Both the position numbers and the translations under genes were made by a program. DNA of 40,462 nt, from NCBI GenBank assembly GCA_964342845.1, contig CAYFGV010000004.1:1-40462 (forward strand). Direction: 5' to 3'. The notes below the pieces were generated by a model that saw only the letters and a program-made list of their open reading frames with translations, had not been told where the DNA came from and did no database searches. Each line of letters begins with the position of its first letter. Positions within the stretch are counted from its first letter, which is position 1. Positions 28,349-37,043 of this stretch are shown here, one piece after another. This DNA comes from Candidatus Woesearchaeota archaeon. Its GTDB lineage: Archaea; Nanobdellota; Nanobdellia; SCGC-AAA011-G17; CAYFGV01.

Positions 28349-29224
28349 ATGGTATCGATTCGTTCTGCTGGAAAAAAGTTGAGAAGAAAAGTTCATCATC
28401 CTTATAGTCATAAATTAGAAGGTAAAGTTAGAAGGCACATGAGAAAACTATCTGTGAAGAGATTTGTTGTTTTTTTGAGTGCTTTATCAGTTATTGTGTC
28501 TGCTGGATCGGCAAATGCTATGAGCAAGCAAGTAAAAGAAAAGGCAGAAAAACTAGTTCATAATGCCCAGGTTGTTAAGAGTGTTGTTGATGATACGCTT
28601 GGTGATAGTGATTATGAGGTTTCTAAGGAAAATTTGGATAAATTTGTATCGGCTGAACCTAAGTTAGCTAGTACATTTGGAAAAGTATCTTTGGATATTT
28701 CTGAACTTATAGATTATTTAGATAAAGATTATGAAGCTGAAATACAGAAAGAGAAACCTGATTTTGAAAAAATATTGAACGATTTAAAATGGTTAAAAGG
28801 TCTTACTGATTTGTGTGGTTTGACTGATATATCAAAAGAGGTAGTTAAGCTTGAAAAAAAATGTGAAGCTGAGATTACTCAGAGGAATGAAAAAAAGAAA
28901 GAGGAAGAAAAAGTAAAGGCAAATGAAAAATCTGAAGAGATTAGGAGGGGAAGAGCTATTGATTATGTTTTTGATAAAAAAGATGGAGTTTATTATAAGA
29001 AAAGAACAATGGGTGCTTATCTATATATAAAAGTTTCAATTGATACAGATAAGTTTGCTGAGAGTGGCAAATATGTAGTTAATTCATCTTATTTAACTTT
29101 AATTTCAAAATCAAAATATAACGTAGGAAATGCATATAAGGGTGAAGTAATTTTTGAGGGTGAAGTTACTAAAAAGAATAAACCATATAAAGTTTATATT
29201 TTTGAATTACCTTATGAAGAATAA
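28349..29224 (+). CDS. hypothetical membrane-anchored or secreted protein
   Basis: Basic N-terminus, a hydrophobic stretch ending ANA, then coiled-coil and beta-rich regions. Confidence 0.7.
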   Translation: MVSIRSAGKKLRRKVHHPYSHKLEGKVRRHMRKLSVKRFVVFLSALSVIVSAGSANAMSKQVKEKAEKLVHNAQVVKSVVDDTLGDSDYEVSKENLDKFVSAEPKLASTFGKVSLDISELIDYLDKDYEAEIQKEKPDFEKILNDLKWLKGLTDLCGLTDISKEVVKLEKKCEAEITQRNEKKKEEEKVKANEKSEEIRRGRAIDYVFDKKDGVYYKKRTMGAYLYIKVSIDTDKFAESGKYVVNSSYLTLISKSKYNVGNAYKGEVIFEGEVTKKNKPYKVYIFELPYEE

Positions 29225-29227
29225 AAA

Positions 29228-29743
29228 TTATCTTATTTCTGTTATTTGAAATTTTCCTGGTAATCTAGGAATTGCACCTTTTAAAGTTTCTTTAGCAATT
29301 AAAGAATTTTTAGAATCAACTTGTAATGTGATTAATTTAGAACCAATCTTTAATTGTGCTGCTGTTCCTACTGTTTTTCCAAATCCATGGCTCATTCCTG
29401 TCTGCATTCTATCTGCTCCAGCACCTGTAAGCATTTTGTTTTCTCTTAGTACTTGGTGAGGGAAAGAGATTATTCTTAAACAATATTCTTTTCCTATTCT
29501 TTTATTGATATTTCTATTAACCATAACTCTGCAAGATTCTATTGCGTTATGTCTTACTTGGATTTTTCCTTTAGAAACTATAGCAAATTCTTTTTCAAAT
29601 TTTCTTTTAGTGTCTCCTGTTATATGCTTTGCTATTCTAGAAGCTGGGACTGCTTTAATATACCCTTTTTTCTTTTGTTTAGACTTTCTAGTGTAAGATC
29701 TTATTACAGTTCTGTAACATTTAGCTTTTCTTAGTGTTGCCAT
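29228..29743 (-). CDS. rpl10e: 50S ribosomal protein uL16 (L10e)
   Basis: QVRHNAIESCR, FPHQVLRENKMLTGAGADRMQTGM..GFGK. ATG 29743 fits a TATA overlapping the purF stop. Confidence 0.95.
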   Translation of the reverse strand: MATLRKAKCYRTVIRSYTRKSKQKKKGYIKAVPASRIAKHITGDTKRKFEKEFAIVSKGKIQVRHNAIESCRVMVNRNINKRIGKEYCLRIISFPHQVLRENKMLTGAGADRMQTGMSHGFGKTVGTAAQLKIGSKLITLQVDSKNSLIAKETLKGAIPRLPGKFQITEIR

Positions 29744-29767
29744 AGTGTTTTTAGACAAATCGTAGTT

Positions 29768-31177
29768 TTATAAACTTTTTGATTCTTTTCTTTCTTGTTC
29801 TATTTTTTCTAAAGCTTCTGGAGAGACATTTGTTGGATATTCTCCTGTGAAACAGGCTGCACATAGTGTTTTTTTGTTGGTTGCTTTATATAAGGATTCT
29901 ATATCTTGGTAGATTAGTGTGTCTGCCTTTATTGTTTCTTTTATTTCTTTTATTGTTTTTTTTGTTGCTATAAATTCTCCTTTTGTTTGCATATCTATAC
30001 CATAAGGGCAAGGATATTTTAAAGGAGGGGCTGAGGAACAGAAATATATTTTTTTAGGGTTACAGCCTCTTACTTTTTCTATTATTTTTCTTGATGTATT
30101 TCCTCTTACGATGCTGTCATCTACTATTAGGATGTTTTTATTTTCTATTATTTTTTTTGAAGGTGTGAGTTTTAGGCTAACGTCTTTTGTTCTTATTTTT
30201 TGATTTGGTTGGATAAATGTTCTTCCTATGTATTGGTTTCTTATTAATATGCTATTGTATTCTTTGTTTATTGCTTTTGCTAAGCCTATTGCAGATGGTC
30301 TTGCTGCTTCTGGAACTTCTCCTATTGTGTCGATGTCTAGATCTTTACAGTCTTCTGCTAGGTAATGTCCTAGTTTTTCTCTTGCTTGTTGAACTGAAGT
30401 GTTGTCTAAGACTGAGTCTGGTCTTGCAAAATAAATATATTCAAATACGCAAGGGTGATGGGTTTTTTGATTTATTATATTTCTATGAACTTCTGATGAA
30501 ATGAATATTGCTTCTCCTGGTTTAACATCATCTATAAATTCATAGTTTAAGGAATCTAAAGTTGTTGTTTCTGAGGCGAAAATGTGGTTTTCTTGTTTTT
30601 TTCCAAAGACTAAGGGCTTTATTCCGTGTGGGTCTCTAAATGCTAATAAGCCTTGATTTGGAATCATACAGACAATAGAGTAGCTTCCTTCTATTTCTTT
30701 TATTGTTTTATCTACTGCTGCGAATATTTCTTCTTTTGTGAATTTGTGTTTGAATAGTTCTTGTGAATCTTTATGGTTGGTTAGGTGTTTTGTTAGGATA
30801 TGTAGAATAGCTTCTGCGTCACATTCTGACTGGATATAGTATTTTTCTTTTAATGCTGGAAAGTTTGTTAGATTTCCGTTGTGTGCTAAAGCTATAGGTA
30901 TTGGAAAATCATAGTAGAATGGTTGGATGTCTGCTTCTTGTCCTGAACCCACTGTAGAATATCTTGTATGGCCTATGCCTAAGTTACCTTTTAATCTTTT
31001 TATGTTTTTTTGGTTGAAAATGTTTTGTACTAATCCTTTTCCTTTTTTTATGTTTAGTTTTGTTTTGTAAGTGATTATTCCAGCTGAATCTTGACCACGG
31101 TGTTGTAAAGAGATTAATCCGTTATATATCTGGTCTGCTATTTCTTCTTGGCTGCTTATACCTATTATTCCACACAT
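29768..31177 (-). CDS. purF: amidophosphoribosyltransferase
   Basis: MCGIIG, LQHRGQDSAG, GHTRYST, HNGN, CVFEYIYFARPDS, VDDSIVRGNT, CPYGID, CAACFTG. Confidence 0.96.
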   Translation of the reverse strand: MCGIIGISSQEEIADQIYNGLISLQHRGQDSAGIITYKTKLNIKKGKGLVQNIFNQKNIKRLKGNLGIGHTRYSTVGSGQEADIQPFYYDFPIPIALAHNGNLTNFPALKEKYYIQSECDAEAILHILTKHLTNHKDSQELFKHKFTKEEIFAAVDKTIKEIEGSYSIVCMIPNQGLLAFRDPHGIKPLVFGKKQENHIFASETTTLDSLNYEFIDDVKPGEAIFISSEVHRNIINQKTHHPCVFEYIYFARPDSVLDNTSVQQAREKLGHYLAEDCKDLDIDTIGEVPEAARPSAIGLAKAINKEYNSILIRNQYIGRTFIQPNQKIRTKDVSLKLTPSKKIIENKNILIVDDSIVRGNTSRKIIEKVRGCNPKKIYFCSSAPPLKYPCPYGIDMQTKGEFIATKKTIKEIKETIKADTLIYQDIESLYKATNKKTLCAACFTGEYPTNVSPEALEKIEQERKESKSL

Positions 31178-31211
31178 AGAATTTTTTTTAATTTGAGAAG
31201 GTATTTAAGGA

Positions 31212-31472
31212 TTATTGTGATATTGTTACTTTTGTTCCTAATGCTTGGCCTGGAAGTCCTCTTTCGAATTTTGCTCTTACTGCTCCTTTATTTCCGTGTT
31301 CTTTTCTTATTGTTCCTTTAATTTCTTTTCCAGAAGGAGTTTTCCAGGTTACTTGTTTATTTAGAAGTGGTTTAGCTTTTTCTTTAGAGGTTATATTATC
31401 AATACTTATGATTATTTGGTCCATATATTTTGTATGGTGGCTTCCTCTGAAGTTTACTATTTTTCCTTCCAT
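31212..31472 (-). CDS. rpl35ae: 50S ribosomal protein eL33 (L35Ae)
   Basis: G.I...HGNKGAVRAKF..GLPGQALG. Confidence 0.93.
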   Translation of the reverse strand: MEGKIVNFRGSHHTKYMDQIIISIDNITSKEKAKPLLNKQVTWKTPSGKEIKGTIRKEHGNKGAVRAKFERGLPGQALGTKVTISQ

Positions 31473-31521
31473 GGATTTTTAGAGTTTTTGGGGTTTTATA
31501 AAGGTTTTGGGTGGAGAATTT

Positions 31522-32694
31522 TTAACAATCTATTAGAATTAAGGGAACAATAATCTCGTCTTTGCTTATCCCTCCGTGTTTTCCTTTATGAAATTCCTTT
31601 GGTGCTTTATAATTTGCAAGTTTATCTCTTAGAATATAGTTCTTTTTCATAATTAAAACATAATCGCCCACCCTATCAAATAATTTTTTATTTGGTTTTC
31701 CTAATCCGTAGAAATTATCTTTAATTAGTTGTTCTCCTTTGAAATACCAGCAGTAGTCTGACATTTTTGTTTTTACTATCTTTTCAAATTCTTTTGTTTT
31801 ACTTGGTCTAACAAAACAATCCCTTACCCTTGGTTCTCCTGCAAGAGGAATTGTTAAACATTCTTTTAATCCTTTTATATCTTCAACCCAAATTTCGTTT
31901 TCTTTTGAGGCGTCAATTAAACCGTGATCTGCAGTGATTATTAATTTAGTGTTTGTGCCTTTAATTGATTTAGATAAATTTTTAATCTTTTTATCTAAGT
32001 CTAGAAATAACTTATTAACTTCTTTGCTGTTTATTCCTTTTTTGTGGGCTAAAGTATCTAGCTCTGGAACGTAAATATGAAGAAACATTCTTGTTATAGA
32101 TTTCTTTTTTATTATTCTTTTTAATTTTGTAAAAGTATTCTTGTAAGTCTTTGTTGGGATTATTTTAGTATTTTTTGAAACATAGTTTGTAAATGGACTA
32201 TTTGAGAGTTTTTTATCGATTATCGTAAAACACTTTCCTTTAAATCCTTTATGAAATGATTCAATATCCATAATTTGGTTCATTCTAAATCCAGAATCAG
32301 ATAAAGATTCACTACCATGTCTAGGAATAAAGGGTAGTATAGTTGTAATTACTCCTGTTTCTTTTAAATTGATATCCCATGCTGTAAGTGCATGTTGTTG
32401 TGCAGGGTAACCTACGGAGAAAGCAGTATTTGCACATGCGGTTGTAGATAGGAATGTAGAAGTTAGACTTGAGTCTAGATGTTTTAATAAAAAAGAGTTT
32501 TTTTGTTTTTTTAGATAATTGTATCCTAAACCATCTATAACTATTAAAACTATGTTTTTGAATTTTTTTAATTCTTTAGAATCTAATGAATGGAGTTCTA
32601 CATATCGATGTTTTTTCTCAAAGTTATTTGAAATAGAACTCATTAGATTGATAATGCTTTTTCCTTTATAATCGGGTAAAGTAAATGGATACAT
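31522..32694 (-). CDS. alkaline-phosphatase-superfamily phosphodiesterase/nucleotide pyrophosphatase
   Basis: LIVIDGLG, STFLSTT, D..AH, TADHG, GKHGG. Confidence 0.85.
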   Translation of the reverse strand: MYPFTLPDYKGKSIINLMSSISNNFEKKHRYVELHSLDSKELKKFKNIVLIVIDGLGYNYLKKQKNSFLLKHLDSSLTSTFLSTTACANTAFSVGYPAQQHALTAWDINLKETGVITTILPFIPRHGSESLSDSGFRMNQIMDIESFHKGFKGKCFTIIDKKLSNSPFTNYVSKNTKIIPTKTYKNTFTKLKRIIKKKSITRMFLHIYVPELDTLAHKKGINSKEVNKLFLDLDKKIKNLSKSIKGTNTKLIITADHGLIDASKENEIWVEDIKGLKECLTIPLAGEPRVRDCFVRPSKTKEFEKIVKTKMSDYCWYFKGEQLIKDNFYGLGKPNKKLFDRVGDYVLIMKKNYILRDKLANYKAPKEFHKGKHGGISKDEIIVPLILIDC

Positions 32695-32957
32695 ATATTA
32701 TTTTATATTTGTTTCTTTTATAACTTTTTCTAAAAGAGACTGACTTGAATAATTTCTATATAGATTTCGATAGTTTTATAATTGTTTAATTTCCCATAAT
32801 TTTATGGAGAAAAGGTTATCTAAGATAAAAGATGGGCTTTCAGAATATTTTTTTGGGACAGAGACCCAATCTTCATATTTTAGATGTTAATAAAACTCCT
32901 TGGGAAAGGGGTATCCCCGAAAGTTTTATTAATGTTTTTCGTGGAAAAATAGATAAA

Positions 32958-33587
32958 ATGGTAAAATTAATAGCTTTTGATGTTTGGCAAACTCTTGCAG
33001 ATTATCCATTTAATTTGTATGAGGAAGTTCTGAAAATAACAAAATTGCCAATTACACTACAAGAATTTATTTTGAAAAAAGGAGAAGCAGAAGTATCGTC
33101 AAGTTTAAACGATAAAGATAGATTTTTAGAAAAAATGAGAGTTATGGGTGTAAAAGACGAATCTATTTTAGAAAAAGTATCAGATCTTTATTATAAAGCG
33201 CATTCAAATATTTTTCTTTATGATGGCGTATTAGAAACATTAATTAGTTTGAAAAAGAAAGGATACTTACTTGCAATTATTACAAATGTAGATAGTTATG
33301 CTCAAGAAAGAGTTATAAAATTATTTCCCTGCGATTTGTTTGAAGATATAATAGCTTCTTTTGAGGTCGGGTTCAAAAAACCCCAAAAAGAAATATTTTT
33401 AAAATTATCTGAGAAAAAAGATCTCAAACCGAGCGAAATTGTAATGGTTGGAGATGGGGTGGCAACAGATATAATCCCTCCATTAGAGTTAGGATGGAAA
33501 ACTGTATTTATTAATAGAAATGGAGAAATTTGTGATAAAGCAGATTATAATATTTCTTCAATAAGTGAATTATCTAAAATTTTTTGA
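32958..33587 (+). CDS. HAD-superfamily hydrolase
   Basis: FDVWQTL, ITN, KP, VGD....DI. Promoter GAAAGTTTTATTAA at about 32919 indicates ATG 32958 rather than 32832. Confidence 0.85.
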   Translation: MVKLIAFDVWQTLADYPFNLYEEVLKITKLPITLQEFILKKGEAEVSSSLNDKDRFLEKMRVMGVKDESILEKVSDLYYKAHSNIFLYDGVLETLISLKKKGYLLAIITNVDSYAQERVIKLFPCDLFEDIIASFEVGFKKPQKEIFLKLSEKKDLKPSEIVMVGDGVATDIIPPLELGWKTVFINRNGEICDKADYNISSISELSKIF

Positions 33588-33647
33588 AAGCATTTTGGAT
33601 GGTTGGAGTGCTCATTACCCTTTTTCTTCTTAAAGCTTTTCAAGGGT

Positions 33648-33675
33648 TATAAAGCTCTATAAAGCCATATAAAGG
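33648..33675 (+). promoter_or_regulatory. three TATAAAG direct repeats with 10-bp period
   Basis: Copies start at 33648, 33658 and 33668, just upstream of a TATA element at about 33693. Confidence 0.5.
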
Positions 33676-33750
33676 GTTTTTGGAAAGTATGCTTATAAAC
33701 AAAATATTCTATATAATTATTATAAAATTCAAAGGGAGGTTAAAAGCAAA

Positions 33751-34242
33751 ATGAAAATGAATAAAGTATTTGCATTAGCAGTATTGGCTTTATTTGTGTT
33801 TACTATTCCGGTAAATGCAGGAAGTCTGAAAGAGCTAATATTAGGTAGTTACATTGACTCTGCTGAGATTCCAGATGCCATTAGATTAAATGGAAACGGA
33901 ATTTTAACAGCAAACGGTGATGGTTGGGCTCAAATCTCTGGAACTGGAGATATAGTAGTTTCAGGTAATGGTTATGTTTTAGTACATGATTCTATGGCTG
34001 AAGGTATTATAGAAGTTGATGGTTTTGGAGTTAAAGTTAAAGATGGTTCATCTACTTTGTATGAAGGAGAAGGAACAATAACTTTAACTGATGTGAACTC
34101 AGCATCTGTTTACTTTGAAGGAACTGGTATTATGGTTAATGCTGAAGGAACTGGTACAGCTCGTTTTTACGGAGTTGGTGAGTATTGGGTAGGCAACATG
34201 TTTGGTGTTTGGCCAGTAGGTTCTGAAGTTGAATTAGCTTAA
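33751..34242 (+). CDS. secreted Gly-rich beta-repeat protein
   Basis: Signal peptide ending VNA, recurring G.G/GTG beta motifs, SD GGGAGGT. Confidence 0.75.
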   Translation: MKMNKVFALAVLALFVFTIPVNAGSLKELILGSYIDSAEIPDAIRLNGNGILTANGDGWAQISGTGDIVVSGNGYVLVHDSMAEGIIEVDGFGVKVKDGSSTLYEGEGTITLTDVNSASVYFEGTGIMVNAEGTGTARFYGVGEYWVGNMFGVWPVGSEVELA

Positions 34243-34249
34243 TGACAGC

Positions 34250-34284
34250 TTTTTTGAGGTCAAAAAATATTTTTTTTCTTTTTT
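34250..34284. terminator. possible terminator between convergent genes
   Basis: TTTTTTGA-GG-TCAAAAAA inverted repeat followed by a T-tract. Confidence 0.35.
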
Positions 34285-36005
34285 TAATAATTCATTAAAA
34301 TTTCCACATCTCCAAATAATTTTTTAAGAGATTCTATTGTTTTAGATTTAAGAATTAGTTCTTTAGGTGGTTTTATCTTAATTATCTCTTTTTCTAATTC
34401 TTCAGGATTTGCTTTTTGAAGATTAACTAATTCATCATTTTTTATGTCTGCTTTTTGGATTTCTTCTTTAGTTAGTATAAACGCTTGTTTTTCAAATAGG
34501 ATCAAATCACCAATTTCTTTTCTATACTTGAATTTAATAGTACATTTTTCAAGTTCGTTTCTTCTTAACCTTTGTATGTGTTCTGTTAATATTCTCATTA
34601 AAGTGGATGATTTTCTTTTTATTCTATCTAGTTCTGCTTTTGTTAGTTTCTTTTCTTGGAAATCTTTTCTAGCTTTTAGGATGCTTTTGAATATGTTTGG
34701 TAAGGAATCTGGTAGTTTGTTAGTTTCACAGTATTTTTTGAAAGCGGTTTCCATATTTTTGTATTTAATGCCTGATAAAACATCTCCAATAATTTGTGTA
34801 GAATCTTTATGTATTTTACTTATTGAATATTTTTCTTTTTTTCTGTTTATTTGATCGAATAGCTTCTTTATTCTTTTTAGATAATCTTCAGCTTTGATAA
34901 TTAAGTCATCTACTTCTTTTCCTTGTATTTCTTTTAATTTTCTGTGTTCTACTTTTTTGAATGTTACCCTTAGTTCTTCTAATATATCAATATATTTTTG
35001 TTCTAAAAGTTTCTCTTTTTTTACAAATATTTGTTGTAAAAGTTTTACTGTTTCTTTAGGTGATGGAGGAGCTATACCATAAAGCATTAAAGCAGCTTGT
35101 GATGGATTTAAGGCTGCGTAATAAAGATCTTCCATTACAATACTTATTAGTTTTGCTTTTGCTCTTTTAATTAATCCTTCACCTACTTCCATGTTCATGT
35201 CAATTGCTTCTGGAGAAGGTTTTATTCTTCCCATCTTAAGTAATAATTTCCAAGGTGTAAATGTTCCTCTATCAAATATTGGAACACCATCTCTTAATAG
35301 AGTGAAAATAACAGGGTTTGCTTCTTTAAGTGATTCCCAGAAATCTGTAAGGATATAAACTTGGATATGAAACTCTTTTTTTACTTGAGTGATCATTGAT
35401 GCTTCATCACCCATTGCAAGCATCATTCTTCTTAATCTATCTCTTAGTTCCATTCTGGACATTCTTTTTACGTCTGTGTCGTCTACTACAACGTATACAT
35501 CTATGTCATTAGCTTTTTCACCTCTGAATAAAGAACCAGCAGCAACATAACTGACAATATATTTTTCAAATTTCTTTACAGCCATGGTTTTGTGAACTTC
35601 TGATATTTTTAAAGCTGCTAACATTTCATTTGGATCATATATAGGGGCTCCAATTGCAATTAATTGTAATATTTCATATTTGCCATCAAAACACATTTCT
35701 TTTAATTCTGAAGCAAGAAGGATTTCTAAATATATTTTTTTGTCTATAGAGTTAGCTATTTTAATTAATTCAGGAGAAACTTTGTCTTTTATTTTATAAT
35801 CTGGTTGTTGTTCTGAGTTTGTATCATTTAAAAGAACAAGAACATTTATTTTGTCTTTTTGATCTTCTTTTGGAGGTAGTAAGGATATTCCTAGAACTTC
35901 TTTTTTGTGTTGTTTTACTGCTTTTTCTTTAAATTTTTCTAGTTTTGTTTTTATTTGTTTAAACTTTTCTTTTACATCTTTTGGAATTTCCTGTGGTGGG
36001 TTCAT
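34284..36005 (-). CDS. tandem nucleotidyltransferase plus HEPN-like multidomain protein
   Basis: Degenerate first NTase-like domain, intact second (GSLFRG...DIDVYVVVDD), then K.LLKMGRIKPSPEA and LYYAALNPSQAALM as in the 22.7-24.5 kb paralogues. Confidence 0.82.
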   Translation of the reverse strand: MNPPQEIPKDVKEKFKQIKTKLEKFKEKAVKQHKKEVLGISLLPPKEDQKDKINVLVLLNDTNSEQQPDYKIKDKVSPELIKIANSIDKKIYLEILLASELKEMCFDGKYEILQLIAIGAPIYDPNEMLAALKISEVHKTMAVKKFEKYIVSYVAAGSLFRGEKANDIDVYVVVDDTDVKRMSRMELRDRLRRMMLAMGDEASMITQVKKEFHIQVYILTDFWESLKEANPVIFTLLRDGVPIFDRGTFTPWKLLLKMGRIKPSPEAIDMNMEVGEGLIKRAKAKLISIVMEDLYYAALNPSQAALMLYGIAPPSPKETVKLLQQIFVKKEKLLEQKYIDILEELRVTFKKVEHRKLKEIQGKEVDDLIIKAEDYLKRIKKLFDQINRKKEKYSISKIHKDSTQIIGDVLSGIKYKNMETAFKKYCETNKLPDSLPNIFKSILKARKDFQEKKLTKAELDRIKRKSSTLMRILTEHIQRLRRNELEKCTIKFKYRKEIGDLILFEKQAFILTKEEIQKADIKNDELVNLQKANPEELEKEIIKIKPPKELILKSKTIESLKKLFGDVEILMNY

Positions 36006-36193
36006 TATAGTTCTAGGTCTCCATTTTCTATTGGATCTTCAAGGTCTAAACTTTCTTCTAAATCTTCTAAAGATTCAATGTCATCATCTAAATCTAGATC
36101 AAGATCTTCCTCTTCTTGTGTTTCTGTTGGTGTACAAGCAGTTACGCTTATTACTAAAGCAATTAAGAACAATGTAAATATTATTTTTTTCAT
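36005..36193 (-). CDS. small acidic lipoprotein (lipobox VTA-C20)
   Basis: MKK, hydrophobic h-region, VTAC. SD GGAGGTGA. TAATG overlap with the downstream gene. Confidence 0.75.
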   Translation of the reverse strand: MKKIIFTLFLIALVISVTACTPTETQEEEDLDLDLDDDIESLEDLEESLDLEDPIENGDLEL

Positions 36194-36283
36194 TTTTCGG
36201 ATTCACCTCCAAATTAAAATTTGTTTTTTACTTTATATAAACTTTTTGGATAAGTTTATAAGCGTTTCTATTTATATTTTTAT

Positions 36284-37018
36284 ATGGATCCTGTTGCATT
36301 TAGTGTTTTTGGCTTAGATGTAAGGTGGTATGGGATAGTATATGTTCTTGGTTTTTTATTTGGTGGTTGGTTAGCTGCAAAACTTGGTAAAGAAAGAGGA
36401 ATTAATAAGGAAGATGTTTATGATTTTTTAGTTTATCTAGTAATTGCTGTTATTGTTGGTGCTAGAATAGCTCATGTTTTTGGTGCTTTGGATTATTATT
36501 CTAGTAGATTAATAGAGGTCTTTTATGTTTGGAATGGTGGTTTGGCATTTCACGGCGGTTTAATAGGGGCAGTTTTAGTTGGATTGTGGTTTTGTAAGAA
36601 GAGAAATATTAAGTTTTATGATATGGCAGATATATTTTGTGTTCCTTTGGCTTTGGGCTTAGCTTTTGGAAGGATTGCTAATTTTATTAATGGGGAGTTA
36701 TATGGGAAGATTAGTGATGTTCCTTGGGCTGTTGAATTTGAAGGTGTTGATGGGAAAAGACATCCTAGTCAGATTTATGAGAGTTTGAAGAATTTCTTTA
36801 TTTTTATTGTTTTATGGAATTTGTATAAGATTAAGAAGTTGCCTTCTGGGTTTATCTTTTGGAGTTTTATATTTATGTATTCTGTGTTAAGGTTTTTTGT
36901 TGAATTTTACAGGGATTGGGAAACTGCTTTTATTGGATTGACTTGGCCACAGTTAGTTAGTGTTCCTTTAGCTGCTGTTAGTTTTTTCATTTTGTATAGG
37001 TTGTATAGGAAGATTTAA
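36284..37018 (+). CDS. lgt: prolipoprotein diacylglyceryl transferase
   Basis: RWYG, GARI, GGLAFHGG, GRIANFINGELYG, HPSQIYE, Y...RFFVEF.R. Archaeal TATA TTTATAA at 36255. Confidence 0.95.
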   Translation: MDPVAFSVFGLDVRWYGIVYVLGFLFGGWLAAKLGKERGINKEDVYDFLVYLVIAVIVGARIAHVFGALDYYSSRLIEVFYVWNGGLAFHGGLIGAVLVGLWFCKKRNIKFYDMADIFCVPLALGLAFGRIANFINGELYGKISDVPWAVEFEGVDGKRHPSQIYESLKNFFIFIVLWNLYKIKKLPSGFIFWSFIFMYSVLRFFVEFYRDWETAFIGLTWPQLVSVPLAAVSFFILYRLYRKI

Positions 37019-37043
37019 ATATGATTTGTGAATTCTCGTTTAG

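Noticed and set aside
32804-32957. Short ORF at 32804 that could frameshift at a T7 run into the HAD frame, and small GGGG/CCCC hairpins
   Set aside because: The HAD gene has its own promoter and starts correctly at motif I. The extension resembles nothing known, and the hairpins are too short to call an ncRNA.
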